Positions 39,786-52,033 of a stretch of DNA of 64,000 nucleotides are shown here, piece by piece. The DNA is taken from assembly GCA_020847635.1 (NCBI GenBank), contig JADLBQ010000045.1, positions 41,377-105,376 of the forward strand. The letters are read 5' to 3'. The DNA comes from Bacteroidia bacterium. Its GTDB lineage: Bacteria > Bacteroidota > Bacteroidia > AKYH767-A > OLB10. A program made the position numbers and the translations under genes. The first letter of the stretch is position 1; each line of letters begins with the position of its first letter. Under the pieces are notes generated by a model. It had not been told where the DNA came from, made no database searches, and was given only the letters and a program-made list of their open reading frames with translations.

Positions 39786-40469
39786 CTAATTTTTTGAAAA
39801 AACTTTTCCTGATTCACAAACAATTACTCTCCCGGGGAATTTCTCAATCAGCGAATAATTATGGGTAGCCATGATGGTTGCCGTTCCTGTTTTGGTAATA
39901 TCGTGCAACAAGTTCATGATTTCATCCGTAGTTTCCGGATCAAGATTACCACTGGGTTCATCTGCGAGTATTATATCCGGTTTGTTTAATAAAGCACGGG
40001 CAATAACCACACGTTGCTGCTCACCACCACTGAGTTCATGGGGCATTTTGAACCCTTTGGTTGAAAGTCCGACCAGTCCCAGGACTTCATTAATTCGGTC
40101 ACTTCTTTCAAGCAGGTCTTTCCAGCCGGTTGCTTTGAGTACAAATTCAAGATTTTCACCCACTGAACGGTCTGTTAATAACTGAAAATCCTGAAATACA
40201 ATTCCAAGTTTTCGTCTAAGCTGAGGAATCTGACCTGATTTAAGTCCTGAGAGTTGGAAGCCCGCAATAAACCCGCTGCCTTGATTGAGTTTTAATTCAC
40301 CATAAAGCATTTTCAACAGACTGCTTTTACCGCTGCCGGTCTTACCTATGAGATAAACAAACTCACCTTTACTGACATTTAGCGACACATCACTCAGAAT
40401 AAGATTATTTTTGTTGAATACCTCTACATGATCAAGTTGAATTACTGTTTCATTCTTTGATTCGGTCAT
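39786..40469 (-). CDS. ftsE: Cell-division ABC transporter ATP-binding protein FtsE
   Basis: Walker A is GKTGSGKSS, the signature is LSGGEQQR, and Walker B is ILADEP. Length is 227 aa. Confidence 0.85.
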   Translation of the reverse strand: MTESKNETVIQLDHVEVFNKNNLILSDVSLNVSKGEFVYLIGKTGSGKSSLLKMLYGELKLNQGSGFIAGFQLSGLKSGQIPQLRRKLGIVFQDFQLLTDRSVGENLEFVLKATGWKDLLERSDRINEVLGLVGLSTKGFKMPHELSGGEQQRVVIARALLNKPDIILADEPSGNLDPETTDEIMNLLHDITKTGTATIMATHNYSLIEKFPGRVIVCESGKVFSKN

Positions 40470-40473
40470 TTTA

Positions 40474-40686
40474 TTATTTGTTATTCCAGTTAACCGGAGT
40501 TATTTTTCCAAAAGGAATTTTTTGCAGATCCTCCAGGATTTCTGATTCATGTCCGGCCAAACCGATTTTTGCCAGTGCCTTTTCAGGCCGGTCAAGCCGG
40601 AAGTATGCAATTAAAGTAAAATCATCAGATCTCAGTTGAACATAATCAGGAATCCGGGCTTTACCTTTAATTTTCAGAACAAACAT
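40474..40686 (-). CDS. Hypothetical 70-aa protein immediately upstream of ftsE
   Basis: It has an ATG start, and its stop lies 4 nt before the ftsE ATG. I recognise no family. Confidence 0.45.
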   Translation of the reverse strand: MFVLKIKGKARIPDYVQLRSDDFTLIAYFRLDRPEKALAKIGLAGHESEILEDLQKIPFGKITPVNWNNK

Positions 40687-40766
40687 ATCAGGCCAAATTT
40701 ATCATGAACCTGCAGCCGGGAGTCACAGATTATTAAATTATAATAAACAATCCGGTGCTGAAATCA

Positions 40767-41603
40767 TTATTTGCTGTCCCATACATTACAATCAAGCTGA
40801 CGGTGAGGGAAGGAAATCTTAAAATTATTTTTTCTGAATTCTTCAATAATCCGGAATCGTAGATTGCTTTTGACGGTTTCAACTGCAAACAGGTTAGAAG
40901 TCCAGACTTGTAAATCAAATACAAAACCTGACTCATTAAAATCAGAGAACCTGACTTTCGGAACTGGCTTGGTGAGTATATCTTTCTGACCGGCAGATAA
41001 CTCCAGCAATACGTTTCGCAGCAAGTGAATGTCTGTATTTATATCAACTGAAAAACGAATATTGATACGTGCATGGTCTGATGTCTGGTGGCTCCAGTTA
41101 ATAACGCTGTCTGAAACTAACTTTGAATTTGGAATGATAATAGTAATCCCGTTCCGGGTTTCAATATGTGAGGTTCGCAAACCAATATGTTTTACTCTCA
41201 CAACCGAAGACTGAATCTCAACAATGTCTCCTACTTTAAGGATGCCTTCAAACAGGATAATAATTCCACTTACAAAATCATGGAAGATATGCTGGAGTCC
41301 AAATCCGATAATGACAAGAATAGCTGCCGACCCGGCAGTTAAGATGGCGAGATTCAGTCCAATTGCTGAAAGACTGAGAAAAAGAGCAATTGCATAAATA
41401 AAGTATTTAATCAGCTGAGTCAGTGAATTATACTGTCCTACATAAGCCGGCTTTTTACGTTTTGCATGGCTGATGAGTATTTTACGAATCAGTTTTGACA
41501 ATAAGTAGGCGATTAAAAATATTAATACAACCTCAGCAATAGAAAGAACGGTCAGGGAAAGATCCTTGGATTCAAAAAGCTCAAAGTTCAATTTAGAAAG
41601 CAT
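40767..41603 (-). CDS. Small-conductance mechanosensitive channel (MscS family)
   Basis: Three TM helices are followed by the MscS beta-domain pattern GDIVEI..SVVRVKHIGLRTSHIETRNGITIIIPNSKL. The ATG at 41603 is preferred. Confidence 0.85.
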   Translation of the reverse strand: MLSKLNFELFESKDLSLTVLSIAEVVLIFLIAYLLSKLIRKILISHAKRKKPAYVGQYNSLTQLIKYFIYAIALFLSLSAIGLNLAILTAGSAAILVIIGFGLQHIFHDFVSGIIILFEGILKVGDIVEIQSSVVRVKHIGLRTSHIETRNGITIIIPNSKLVSDSVINWSHQTSDHARINIRFSVDINTDIHLLRNVLLELSAGQKDILTKPVPKVRFSDFNESGFVFDLQVWTSNLFAVETVKSNLRFRIIEEFRKNNFKISFPHRQLDCNVWDSK

Positions 41604-41619
41604 TGCATAAAAATAGAAA

Positions 41620-41639
41620 ATGTTGCATAATTGCAACAT
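41620..41639. repeat. Inverted repeat ATGTTGCA-TAAT-TGCAACAT abutting the rsmB-like start codon
   Basis: The arms are a perfect 8-bp match, read directly. It lies in the 36-nt divergent spacer between the mscS-like and rsmB-like genes. Confidence 0.5.
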
Positions 41640-42851
41640 ATGATTAAGACAAAAGAAGCCTTATTATTTGAAAGAGCATCTGATTTTCTGAAATTTTTTG
41701 ACGAAGTAACACCATTAAATGACAGTCTGAAGGGTTATTTTAAGACCCATAAAAACATGGGAGTTAATGACAGAAGACGGTTCAGCCGGATTATTTATTC
41801 TTTTTTCAGAACTGGAAGGTTTCTGAATATCTCTGATCCTGAAGAGGTGCTCATGTTGTCTGTCTTTCTGCAGGGAACTGATGAAAACTACCTGATTAAA
41901 GGTGTCAGATCACAGTTTGAATTTATTAAGCCAGAAGACTTCCTGAAAACAATAGCCGAGAAATTTAACTTGTTGAGGAAACATCATATCAGCCTGGATG
42001 AAAACATGGTTTTTCCATATCCTGACATACTCTCAAAAGGAGTAACAGCATCCGATTACGGCTGGAGCCTTCTGGAACAACCGCTTGTTTTTGTGCGGAT
42101 CAGGAAAAATGAAATGGAACAAGTGTTGCAGGAACTTCAAGAGAATAAAATTGAATTTACAGGTTGTAAGGATGATCAGAATTGCCTGAGTTTTGAACCT
42201 GCTGTTAAGCTTACTTTTTTGAATAGTTTTGTAAATGGAAAATTTGTAATCCAGGACAGGAACTCACAACAAACACTTAATCTGCTGCCTGAATTGGCAC
42301 CCTCAGAATTCTGGTGGGACTGCTGTTGCGGAGCAGGAGGGAAAAGCCTGCTGTTTAAGGAAAAGTTCCCTAACAATCTGATTTTACTTTCCGATTCACG
42401 GAAATCTGTTCTTGAAAATGCCTCCCAGAGAATGAAAGCGGCAGGGTTTGATCGCCCGGAAATTCTGAATCTTGATCTGATTGCTGATAATGCTCCTGGA
42501 AAATTGAAAACTAAGTTTGACGGAATTATTGCCGATGTACCCTGTACCGGATCGGGGACCTGGGCCCGGTCACCCGAACAACTTCACTTCTTCAGGCCAA
42601 ATGCAATTCATGACTTTACTGACAAGCAACACAGAATTATTGACAGTGTCGATCCTTGCCTTAAACAGGGAGGTTTGCTTCTTTATATAACCTGCTCGGT
42701 TTTTAGTGATGAAAATGAAGGAATGACTGAGTACATTCAAAATAAGGGATATGAACTGATTCAATCAAAACTTCTTAGAGGATGGGAAAGTAAGTGTGAT
42801 TCCTTTTACACAGCCTTATTGCGCAAAAATAGCTCTGTCCTTCCGGTATGA
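41640..42851 (+). CDS. RsmB/NOP-family SAM-dependent RNA cytosine-C5 methyltransferase
   Basis: Motifs are DCCCGAGGKS (SAM binding), ADVPCTGSGTWARSPE and YITCSVF (catalytic Cys). Confidence 0.8.
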   Translation: MIKTKEALLFERASDFLKFFDEVTPLNDSLKGYFKTHKNMGVNDRRRFSRIIYSFFRTGRFLNISDPEEVLMLSVFLQGTDENYLIKGVRSQFEFIKPEDFLKTIAEKFNLLRKHHISLDENMVFPYPDILSKGVTASDYGWSLLEQPLVFVRIRKNEMEQVLQELQENKIEFTGCKDDQNCLSFEPAVKLTFLNSFVNGKFVIQDRNSQQTLNLLPELAPSEFWWDCCCGAGGKSLLFKEKFPNNLILLSDSRKSVLENASQRMKAAGFDRPEILNLDLIADNAPGKLKTKFDGIIADVPCTGSGTWARSPEQLHFFRPNAIHDFTDKQHRIIDSVDPCLKQGGLLLYITCSVFSDENEGMTEYIQNKGYELIQSKLLRGWESKCDSFYTALLRKNSSVLPV

Positions 42852-42896
42852 ATTGAAAATAATGTAAAAAAGTGTCCACTCCTTGTTCAGACATAT

Positions 42897-42904
42897 TACT
42901 TTTG
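42897..42904 (+). promoter_or_regulatory. Candidate -7 promoter box TACTTTTG
   Basis: It matches TAnnTTTG exactly, 32 nt upstream of the ATG at 42937. Confidence 0.35.
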
Positions 42905-42936
42905 ACATCCTTAAAAAATTACAACGCTGTTACTTT

Positions 42937-45330
42937 ATGAAAAAAACAATACTTATGCTTGCTTGCTGCATTTTTATACTGGTAGGCAAGGCTCAAAATT
43001 TGAATCTTACATTACGTGCCAATCTTCCCTACAGTAATGACCTTTCGAATATTGGAGGATATGTGGATAGCCAGGGTACTGAATATGCACTGGTTGGCTG
43101 GTATGATGGTCTGTCTATAGTGGATGTCAGTGATCCTGATAACCCAAATATAATATTCCAGGTTAACGGGCCGCAGTCAGCTTGGCGTGAAGTTCAGACA
43201 TTTAACCATTATGCTTATGTTACAACAGAAGCCGGGAACAGCGGGTTGCAGATTATTAATCTGGAGTATCTTCCCGATTCGGTTCAGGTGAAAACCTGGA
43301 AGGGAAATGGTTCAATCACTAATCAGTTGAATACTATGCATACCTTATTTATTGATAACGGATATGTATATCTGCATGGCAGCAATCTTTTTAACGGGGC
43401 AACCATTATCTGTGATTTGAATAATGACCCTTGGAATCCTGATTATCTTGGTCATACCCCAACAATTGGTAACAGCAGCAGCTATGTACATGATGGTTAT
43501 GTGAGAAATGATACCCTCTATGCTTGCCACATTTATGCCGGTGAATTGCGGATCTATGATTGTTCAAATAAGGCAAATCCGGTAATGCTTGCTTCTCAGG
43601 TAACACCGGGACAGTTTACTCATAATAGCTGGCTTACCCAAAACAGTAAGTATGTTTTTACAACTGATGAAGTGAGTGATTCCTATCTGGTAGCTTATGA
43701 TATCTCGGACTTACAGAATATCCAGGAAGTTGACCGCTTCCAAACCACTCCCGGTTCTCAATCAATTGTTCATAATGTTCATGTAATTCAAACCAACGGA
43801 GGTGAGTTTACGGTTACTTCCTGGTATAAAGACGGAGTTATCATTAACGATGTAACACGACCGGAGAATATGGTTCAGGTAGCCAGTTATGATACCTATT
43901 CACAGGGAACAGGTTCAGGCTTCAACGGTTGCTGGGGTGTTTATGCCTTTCTGCCTTCACATACCATTGTAGCTTCTGATATTAATAACGGACTGTTTGT
44001 GCTTACACCCGATTATATTCGAGCATGCTATCTGGAAGGTACAGTAACTGATAGTGTTACCGGTAGTCCATTGAATAATGCAAAAGTTGAGATTACCTCC
44101 CTGTCACTTGCTGCAAATTCTAATATTACAGGTGAGTACAAAACCGGAACTCCGCAGGTAGGTAATTATACAGTAACGGTTTCAAAGGCTGGATATGTTA
44201 CAAAAACCATTCAGGGTGTAAGCCTGACTAACGGTAATGTTACCATTCTTGATATTGAACTTGTACCGGTATCAATGGTTGTGCTTTTAGGCCAGGTAGT
44301 TGAAGCAGGAACGCTTAACCCTATTCCGAACGCCCATGTATCTATTTCAAATGCGCAGTATCAGTATAATGGAGTTGCAGATGCGAATGGCAATTTCATA
44401 TTCAGCAACTTTATAGCTGCATCCTATGATATAACTGCCGGTCAATGGGGATGGCGAACAAATTGTGATAATCAGAATCTTACCGGAAATCAGCCAGTCA
44501 CCATTACACTGGATAAAGGCTATTATGATGATTTTGTTTTTGAATTTGGATGGTCAGTAAGCGGTAGTTCTTCAAACAGTTGGGAAAGAGGCATACCGGT
44601 CGGAACTTCGCTGCAAGGCACACCAGCCAATCCCGGCTCGGATGTATCTTCTGATTGCGGGGATATAGCCTTTGTAACAGATAATGACGGAGGCGGAGCA
44701 TGGGACTCTGATGTGGATAATGGAAATACTATCTTGATGTCACCTGTTTTTGATGCCTTAACCTATACTAATCCGGTTGTTAAGTATTACCGCTGGTTTA
44801 CTAATATTGGCAATAACGGAGGTGGCCCGCCAGATGATACAATGACCGTTAAACTGACTAATGGAATCTCAACAGTTACCCTTGAAACAATTTTAAATAA
44901 TACACCCGGTAACAGCACATGGATGGCAAGAAGTTTTAATATTGACTCACTGATGACCCCAACTGCCAATATGCAACTGGTTGTTGAAACGGCCGACTGG
45001 GGACCGGTTTTCAATGTAGTTGAAGGCGGGTTTGACAAATTTGAAGTAGTTGAAAGTCCATTGTCAGTAAATGAACTACAGACTCATACCGGACTTAGTG
45101 TGACCCCGACTGTATTTAATACATATCTGTCAACTGTGATTCAACCGGAAGATCAGTTGCCACAGCTGATTCAGATTCTGGATGTTTCCGGAAGAATTGT
45201 TATCCAGCAGCATTTAACGCATTCAGGTTATAATGAAATAAATACTACACAACTAAACCCTGGAGTATATGCTGTAAGATTATTAATGAAAAACGGTATG
45301 ACCCGGACTGTCAGAGTTGTCAAGCCCTGA
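42937..45330 (+). CDS. Choice-of-anchor B / LVIVD-repeat beta-propeller protein with CarboxypepD_reg-like domains and a T9SS C-terminal sorting domain
   Basis: It has a signal peptide. NLTLRANLPYSNDLSNIGGYVDSQGTEYALVGWYDGLSIVDVSDPDNP is typical of choice-of-anchor B. Two GTVTDS.TG.P..NA.V-type domains follow. The tail is ILDVSGRIV...NPGVYAVRL. Confidence 0.75.
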   Translation: MKKTILMLACCIFILVGKAQNLNLTLRANLPYSNDLSNIGGYVDSQGTEYALVGWYDGLSIVDVSDPDNPNIIFQVNGPQSAWREVQTFNHYAYVTTEAGNSGLQIINLEYLPDSVQVKTWKGNGSITNQLNTMHTLFIDNGYVYLHGSNLFNGATIICDLNNDPWNPDYLGHTPTIGNSSSYVHDGYVRNDTLYACHIYAGELRIYDCSNKANPVMLASQVTPGQFTHNSWLTQNSKYVFTTDEVSDSYLVAYDISDLQNIQEVDRFQTTPGSQSIVHNVHVIQTNGGEFTVTSWYKDGVIINDVTRPENMVQVASYDTYSQGTGSGFNGCWGVYAFLPSHTIVASDINNGLFVLTPDYIRACYLEGTVTDSVTGSPLNNAKVEITSLSLAANSNITGEYKTGTPQVGNYTVTVSKAGYVTKTIQGVSLTNGNVTILDIELVPVSMVVLLGQVVEAGTLNPIPNAHVSISNAQYQYNGVADANGNFIFSNFIAASYDITAGQWGWRTNCDNQNLTGNQPVTITLDKGYYDDFVFEFGWSVSGSSSNSWERGIPVGTSLQGTPANPGSDVSSDCGDIAFVTDNDGGGAWDSDVDNGNTILMSPVFDALTYTNPVVKYYRWFTNIGNNGGGPPDDTMTVKLTNGISTVTLETILNNTPGNSTWMARSFNIDSLMTPTANMQLVVETADWGPVFNVVEGGFDKFEVVESPLSVNELQTHTGLSVTPTVFNTYLSTVIQPEDQLPQLIQILDVSGRIVIQQHLTHSGYNEINTTQLNPGVYAVRLLMKNGMTRTVRVVKP

Positions 45331-46431
45331 TCCGGCTTTTTGGGATTGAAGAAAAATATTTTTCTGACTTCTTGACGGGAAATAACGGTCTCTGAGTTTC
45401 AGTGAGGGAATTTCTACCAGCCTGGCAGAAAGAATTCCAAAAGCTACGGACGTCACAAAATAAATCAGAAAAGCATAGGATGAAGTGTACAAAAGTTCGT
45501 GCTTCTCAATGATTTTATCCCGAACAAAGACATGAAACAGGTAAATCGAATAGGAGTAAACCCCGATTGTACAGATCATATTGAAAAACCATTTTGAATA
45601 TGTTGAGAATTGAAGCTTTCGAATGCTGATCTCCCCGGTCACCATAAGCAACATAATATTGCCATAGGAAACATACAGCAAAACATCCTTAATTGGATTG
45701 AAGAAGGGTGTACGCCCCAGGGGTGCTATTAGAGCAATCATCAGTGAAACAATAAACAGTACAAACCGGTACTTGTGCAGAAACTGCTGGAGGTTAGCCC
45801 TGTTATAACGGTAATGGTAGGAGATAAAGACACCATACAAAAGTGAGTCAAAAACATACTGCGTCTGAACACGTCTTGCCCAGACATTGAAAAAATAATT
45901 GGTACCGTAAATGTTTTCAAGCAAGACATTAAATAATTCAAGCATAGTGCTGAAAACAAAAAGAGCAATAAATACTCCGTTCACTTTATGCTTATTATTC
46001 CAGAATTTATTCTCGCTAAAAAGCATAATTAATGCAATTGTAAAATAGAAATGTTCTTCAACACATAAAGACCAGGTATGAACCCAGATTCCTCCAAGAT
46101 AATTTCTTGTAAAAGTTAATTCTCCAATCAGGTGAAGTATAGAAAAATGTTCACCATAAAACCAGAATGAACATAAAGAAACAACCATGAAAAAATAAAA
46201 AAGCGGATAGATTTTCAGACCTCGCCTGATTAGGAATCTTAGCGGTTTTACATCCCCGTATTTATCTCTCTCACTAAAAAGCAATCCTGAGATCAGAAAG
46301 CCACTTAAAACAAAGAACAGGTCAACGCCAGTATAGCCGATTTTAGACAAAAAGGGTTCAACCGGGAAATGAAAAAAGATAACCAGAATAATAGCAATTC
46401 CTCTTATGAAATCAAGCTCAGGCAGTCGCAT
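45283..46431 (-). CDS. Acyltransferase family 3 (OafA/YrhL-like) integral membrane protein
   Basis: ELDFIRGIAIILVIFFH is present with about 10 TM helices. The 3' end overlaps the convergent gene by 48 nt. Confidence 0.8.
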   Translation of the reverse strand: MRLPELDFIRGIAIILVIFFHFPVEPFLSKIGYTGVDLFFVLSGFLISGLLFSERDKYGDVKPLRFLIRRGLKIYPLFYFFMVVSLCSFWFYGEHFSILHLIGELTFTRNYLGGIWVHTWSLCVEEHFYFTIALIMLFSENKFWNNKHKVNGVFIALFVFSTMLELFNVLLENIYGTNYFFNVWARRVQTQYVFDSLLYGVFISYHYRYNRANLQQFLHKYRFVLFIVSLMIALIAPLGRTPFFNPIKDVLLYVSYGNIMLLMVTGEISIRKLQFSTYSKWFFNMICTIGVYSYSIYLFHVFVRDKIIEKHELLYTSSYAFLIYFVTSVAFGILSARLVEIPSLKLRDRYFPSRSQKNIFLQSQKAGSGLDNSDSPGHTVFH

Positions 46432-46441
46432 TTGTTTCGTG

Positions 46442-48820
46442 TTATCTGTTATTTACCGGAATTAAGATAAGCTTATGTTTCAACCGGCTGATTTCAGATT
46501 GATTGAATAACATTTTTCTGTATTTCCCCAAATTGTAGAGAGAAGCCTGATCACTGTAATAGGGGCTGAGAAAATTTCCTGATTGCCCGGTTGGCAAAAT
46601 ACTGCTGGCATTCTCAACATCTGCCATATCTATAACAATACGCATGGCGGGTCCATAACTTACATGATAGTTCCCGTCTGATGTAACCGGGAATCCGGAA
46701 TTACTCAGGGTCTCATTTCCACCTCGCACAGCAAATGGCCCAATATTAAGTATGTGATTAAGTGGTTTTACTTTTCCAAGAGCATGTGAATGAGTCAGTG
46801 TATGTACTTTTTCCCATCGCCAGTTTTCCGGATGGAGACCTAATTGGTTCTCAAGTTGCCTGACTGCCGCTTGGAATGCTTCCTCCAGAATCATTGTCCT
46901 GGTTTCTTGAACAGCAGTTGTATGCCTGTTATCCCACCAGGGTGAAATGTCATTAAACAGGAATTGAGGATAGGCTTCTTTCATGGTATGGGATGTTTTA
47001 AATGCCACATAAGAAGCAGAGTCCATATCGTCTGACATCGTTCTTTCAAGAATCTCTGATAGCAGCTTGTAAAATACAACCGGTCCCTGAGATCTCAATT
47101 CGTGTTCTCCCTTCCAGTCTTTTAAAATTGAAAGAAACGATTTTTCATTTTCTGTTTTAGCCAGATTCAAAGCTGCAATTTCTTTTGCCCAGCGCTGCGA
47201 AATGGAACTATAAGTTTCATTCACAACATCATTTTGAATTCGTTTCATATCCTCAAGTGTAAATATTTCCTTTTCAGAAAGCAGTTTCTTTATTCTTAAA
47301 GTCCGGTCAGACGGAGCATAGTAGCCCGGATAAACGGTAAGTAGACTGTCCGAAAGCCGGTTGGCAGAGAAAACAAATCCACGTTCGGGATTCACTTCAT
47401 GGGGATTTTCAGAAAATTCGGCAAATTCGAGCTTAAGATTTTCGTCTTTGCTTCCATCTTTAAAAATTTTTGAAATTTCACTTGGTTTGCGTTTAAGCAT
47501 TTTACCGGCTGACCACCAGCCGATATTCCCTGAAGTATCTGCATAAATGACATTTAGCCCGGGTGCAGCAATCAGGCTGCAGGCATAGCTCATTTCTTTC
47601 GGTGAAGAAGCATGGACCATGAGCCGGCTGGCAGTAAGCGATTGATTGGGAAAGTGGTTGAATACCCACCACAATGTAACCGGATTTGACACGTAACCTT
47701 TCACTGATTCTATCACATTATTAATAACAGCTCCATTACGGGTTAACTTAACGACAACAATCGTATCAGGTGCATTTCTTCGTTTAATAATTTCATTACG
47801 GATTTCAAATTTTTTCCAGTTCTTACCGGCAAGGTAAAGTGTGGAATCATCCGGGTTCAGGGTTTCAGTATAAAAATCAATATCATCATTTTCAAGCATG
47901 GTAAGGCCCCAAGAATGTTGTCTTGTATGACCAATCAGCGGAAAAGGGAAACCGGCAAGAAAGTTCCCATACAAGTTCATTCCGGGATATTCCAGATGGG
48001 CTTCATACCAGACACAGGGCTGTGAGTAACCAATATGGGTATCGTTAGCAAACAAAGGCTTTCCTGATGCTGACCGGTCAGATGCCACCGCCCAAGCATT
48101 GCTTCCTCTGAAAGGAGCAGTAATGCCATTTTCAATCAAGGAGATCATTAGCGGTACAGAGACTTTTTGTGGATCCTTTGTGAGTGAATCGGTATAGACT
48201 ATCTGGTCTAAATAGTCAATTCCATTAGCAGCATAAATTTGATTTAGAATAGGATCAGTCCTGATTCCTTCTGCAAATGAGAAAGCCATATATCCGATAA
48301 TGTTAAAAATATCCCGTAGTGTGAATTCTTCTTTATGAATGCCTGGCAGAAGGTATTCGGGCGGGGTCTTACCCGAACGGATGAATTCATTGATTCCATC
48401 TAAATAAGCAAGGGTTTCAAGTTGCAAGTCTTGGTCAGCCTCCAGGTAGAATTGCTTCTCTGATTGAATTGCATTTTCATTGATTCCAATGGTTCTGAAG
48501 AATGCATCAATAGAAGTAAACTCTTTTCCGAATAGTTCAGATAGCCTGCCGCTGCCAGCCCTTCTGAGTAAATCCATTTGAAACAATCGCTCACTTGCAT
48601 GAACGTATCCCAACGCATAATAAGCATCATGTGCTGAATGTGCCGAAATATGAGGGATACCATACTCATCAAAATGGATCGAAACAGAGTCAGCAGGGCT
48701 ATTTAGATATATCTTTCCTTCATAAACAGGTTTAGTTTGGTAGAGAATAACTCCCAGAATTAGGAATACAGACAGGATGACGGTTACCAGTAACAGTAAT
48801 GCAATCTTGAGCACTTTCAT
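46442..48820 (-). CDS. Penicillin/acyl-homoserine-lactone acylase family Ntn-hydrolase
   Basis: It has an N-terminal signal anchor and the autoprocessing site G/SNAWAV. Length is 792 aa. Confidence 0.85.
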   Translation of the reverse strand: MKVLKIALLLLVTVILSVFLILGVILYQTKPVYEGKIYLNSPADSVSIHFDEYGIPHISAHSAHDAYYALGYVHASERLFQMDLLRRAGSGRLSELFGKEFTSIDAFFRTIGINENAIQSEKQFYLEADQDLQLETLAYLDGINEFIRSGKTPPEYLLPGIHKEEFTLRDIFNIIGYMAFSFAEGIRTDPILNQIYAANGIDYLDQIVYTDSLTKDPQKVSVPLMISLIENGITAPFRGSNAWAVASDRSASGKPLFANDTHIGYSQPCVWYEAHLEYPGMNLYGNFLAGFPFPLIGHTRQHSWGLTMLENDDIDFYTETLNPDDSTLYLAGKNWKKFEIRNEIIKRRNAPDTIVVVKLTRNGAVINNVIESVKGYVSNPVTLWWVFNHFPNQSLTASRLMVHASSPKEMSYACSLIAAPGLNVIYADTSGNIGWWSAGKMLKRKPSEISKIFKDGSKDENLKLEFAEFSENPHEVNPERGFVFSANRLSDSLLTVYPGYYAPSDRTLRIKKLLSEKEIFTLEDMKRIQNDVVNETYSSISQRWAKEIAALNLAKTENEKSFLSILKDWKGEHELRSQGPVVFYKLLSEILERTMSDDMDSASYVAFKTSHTMKEAYPQFLFNDISPWWDNRHTTAVQETRTMILEEAFQAAVRQLENQLGLHPENWRWEKVHTLTHSHALGKVKPLNHILNIGPFAVRGGNETLSNSGFPVTSDGNYHVSYGPAMRIVIDMADVENASSILPTGQSGNFLSPYYSDQASLYNLGKYRKMLFNQSEISRLKHKLILIPVNNR

Positions 48821-48903
48821 CAGTAATAAGTTTCAAGGTGTGAAAGTGCAAATAAATTTCATTTTCTAAGTTGGATAAGTCCTGGCTGTCAGGAGGAGAA
48901 AAA

Positions 48904-49896
48904 TCAGATTGAAAATCCAATAGCCTTTCGGGTTTCCTTCATAGTTTCATTTGCACTGGCATGGGCTTTCTCTTTTCCGGTTCGGATGGCTCTGGCTAAT
49001 AATTCTGAATCTGATTCAACAGCCTTGATTTTCTCTGAAATCGGTGAAGTAAACATAACAATGTCTTCTACCAGTTGCTTTTTCAAATCACCATAACGAA
49101 TACTGCAGTTATTATATTGATCATCAAAAAACCGATAGGTTTCATCTGATGAAACAAGTTTTAGGAGTGAAAACAGATTTTCAATTGCAGCAGGTTTTTG
49201 AGAATGGGGAGTTGTTGGTCCCGAATCAGTAACAGCCCTCATTACTTTTTTCCGGATAACAGAAGCAGGATCATTCAGAAAAATCGCATTTCCTTCGCCT
49301 TCCGACTTTCCCATTTTCCCCGATCCATCAAGCCCGGGAACTTTTATTAACTGGTTACCGAAATTAAAAGCAACAGGTTCAGGGAAAATATTTGTTTTGT
49401 ATAACCGGTTGAAACGATTTCCAAACGTACGCGTCATTTCCAGGTGTTGCTCCTGGTCTTTTCCGACAGGAACCTTAGTTGCCCGATGAATCAGAATATC
49501 AGCAGCCATTAATACCGGGTAAGTGAGTAATCCGGCATTAACATTATCAGGCTGCTGTCTTACTTTATCTTTAAAAGTTGTAGCTCTTTCCAGTTCACCA
49601 ACATAAGCATTCATATTCAGCAACAGATAGAGTTCAGCTGTTTGTGGCAGATCGCTTTGAATGTAAAGTGTACATTTATCAGGATCCAGTCCGCAGGCCA
49701 GGTATTCAGCTAAGACTGTCTTTACATTCTCCCTTAGATTAACGGGTGTAGGGTGGGTTGTGAGTGAGTGATAATCAGCTATGAAGAAAAAACATTGATG
49801 TTTCTCCTGCATACTGAGGAAGTTTCTTAATGCTCCAAAATAATTTCCAAGATGGAGCCTGCCAGTAGGTCTGATTCCGCTTACAACACATTCCAT
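48904..49896 (-). CDS. trpS: Tryptophan--tRNA ligase
   Basis: VSGIRPTGRLHLGNY carries the HIGH motif and GKMGKS is the KMSKS motif. The ATG at 49896 is preferred over the GTG at 49905. Confidence 0.95.
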   Translation of the reverse strand: MECVVSGIRPTGRLHLGNYFGALRNFLSMQEKHQCFFFIADYHSLTTHPTPVNLRENVKTVLAEYLACGLDPDKCTLYIQSDLPQTAELYLLLNMNAYVGELERATTFKDKVRQQPDNVNAGLLTYPVLMAADILIHRATKVPVGKDQEQHLEMTRTFGNRFNRLYKTNIFPEPVAFNFGNQLIKVPGLDGSGKMGKSEGEGNAIFLNDPASVIRKKVMRAVTDSGPTTPHSQKPAAIENLFSLLKLVSSDETYRFFDDQYNNCSIRYGDLKKQLVEDIVMFTSPISEKIKAVESDSELLARAIRTGKEKAHASANETMKETRKAIGFSI

Positions 49897-49901
49897 GACA
49901 A

Positions 49902-51899
<1,998 letters not shown>

Positions 51900-52033
51900 T
51901 TAACTTTTCAAAGATAGCTTTCTGAAACCGGAAATGGAAATTCTAATGGCTGATAATTCAAAAAAGTTTTCAGCCATTTTGTAAACTGAAAAAGGGACAA
52001 TTTTCAGTCGGCCTTGCAAAAAATCAGATATAA

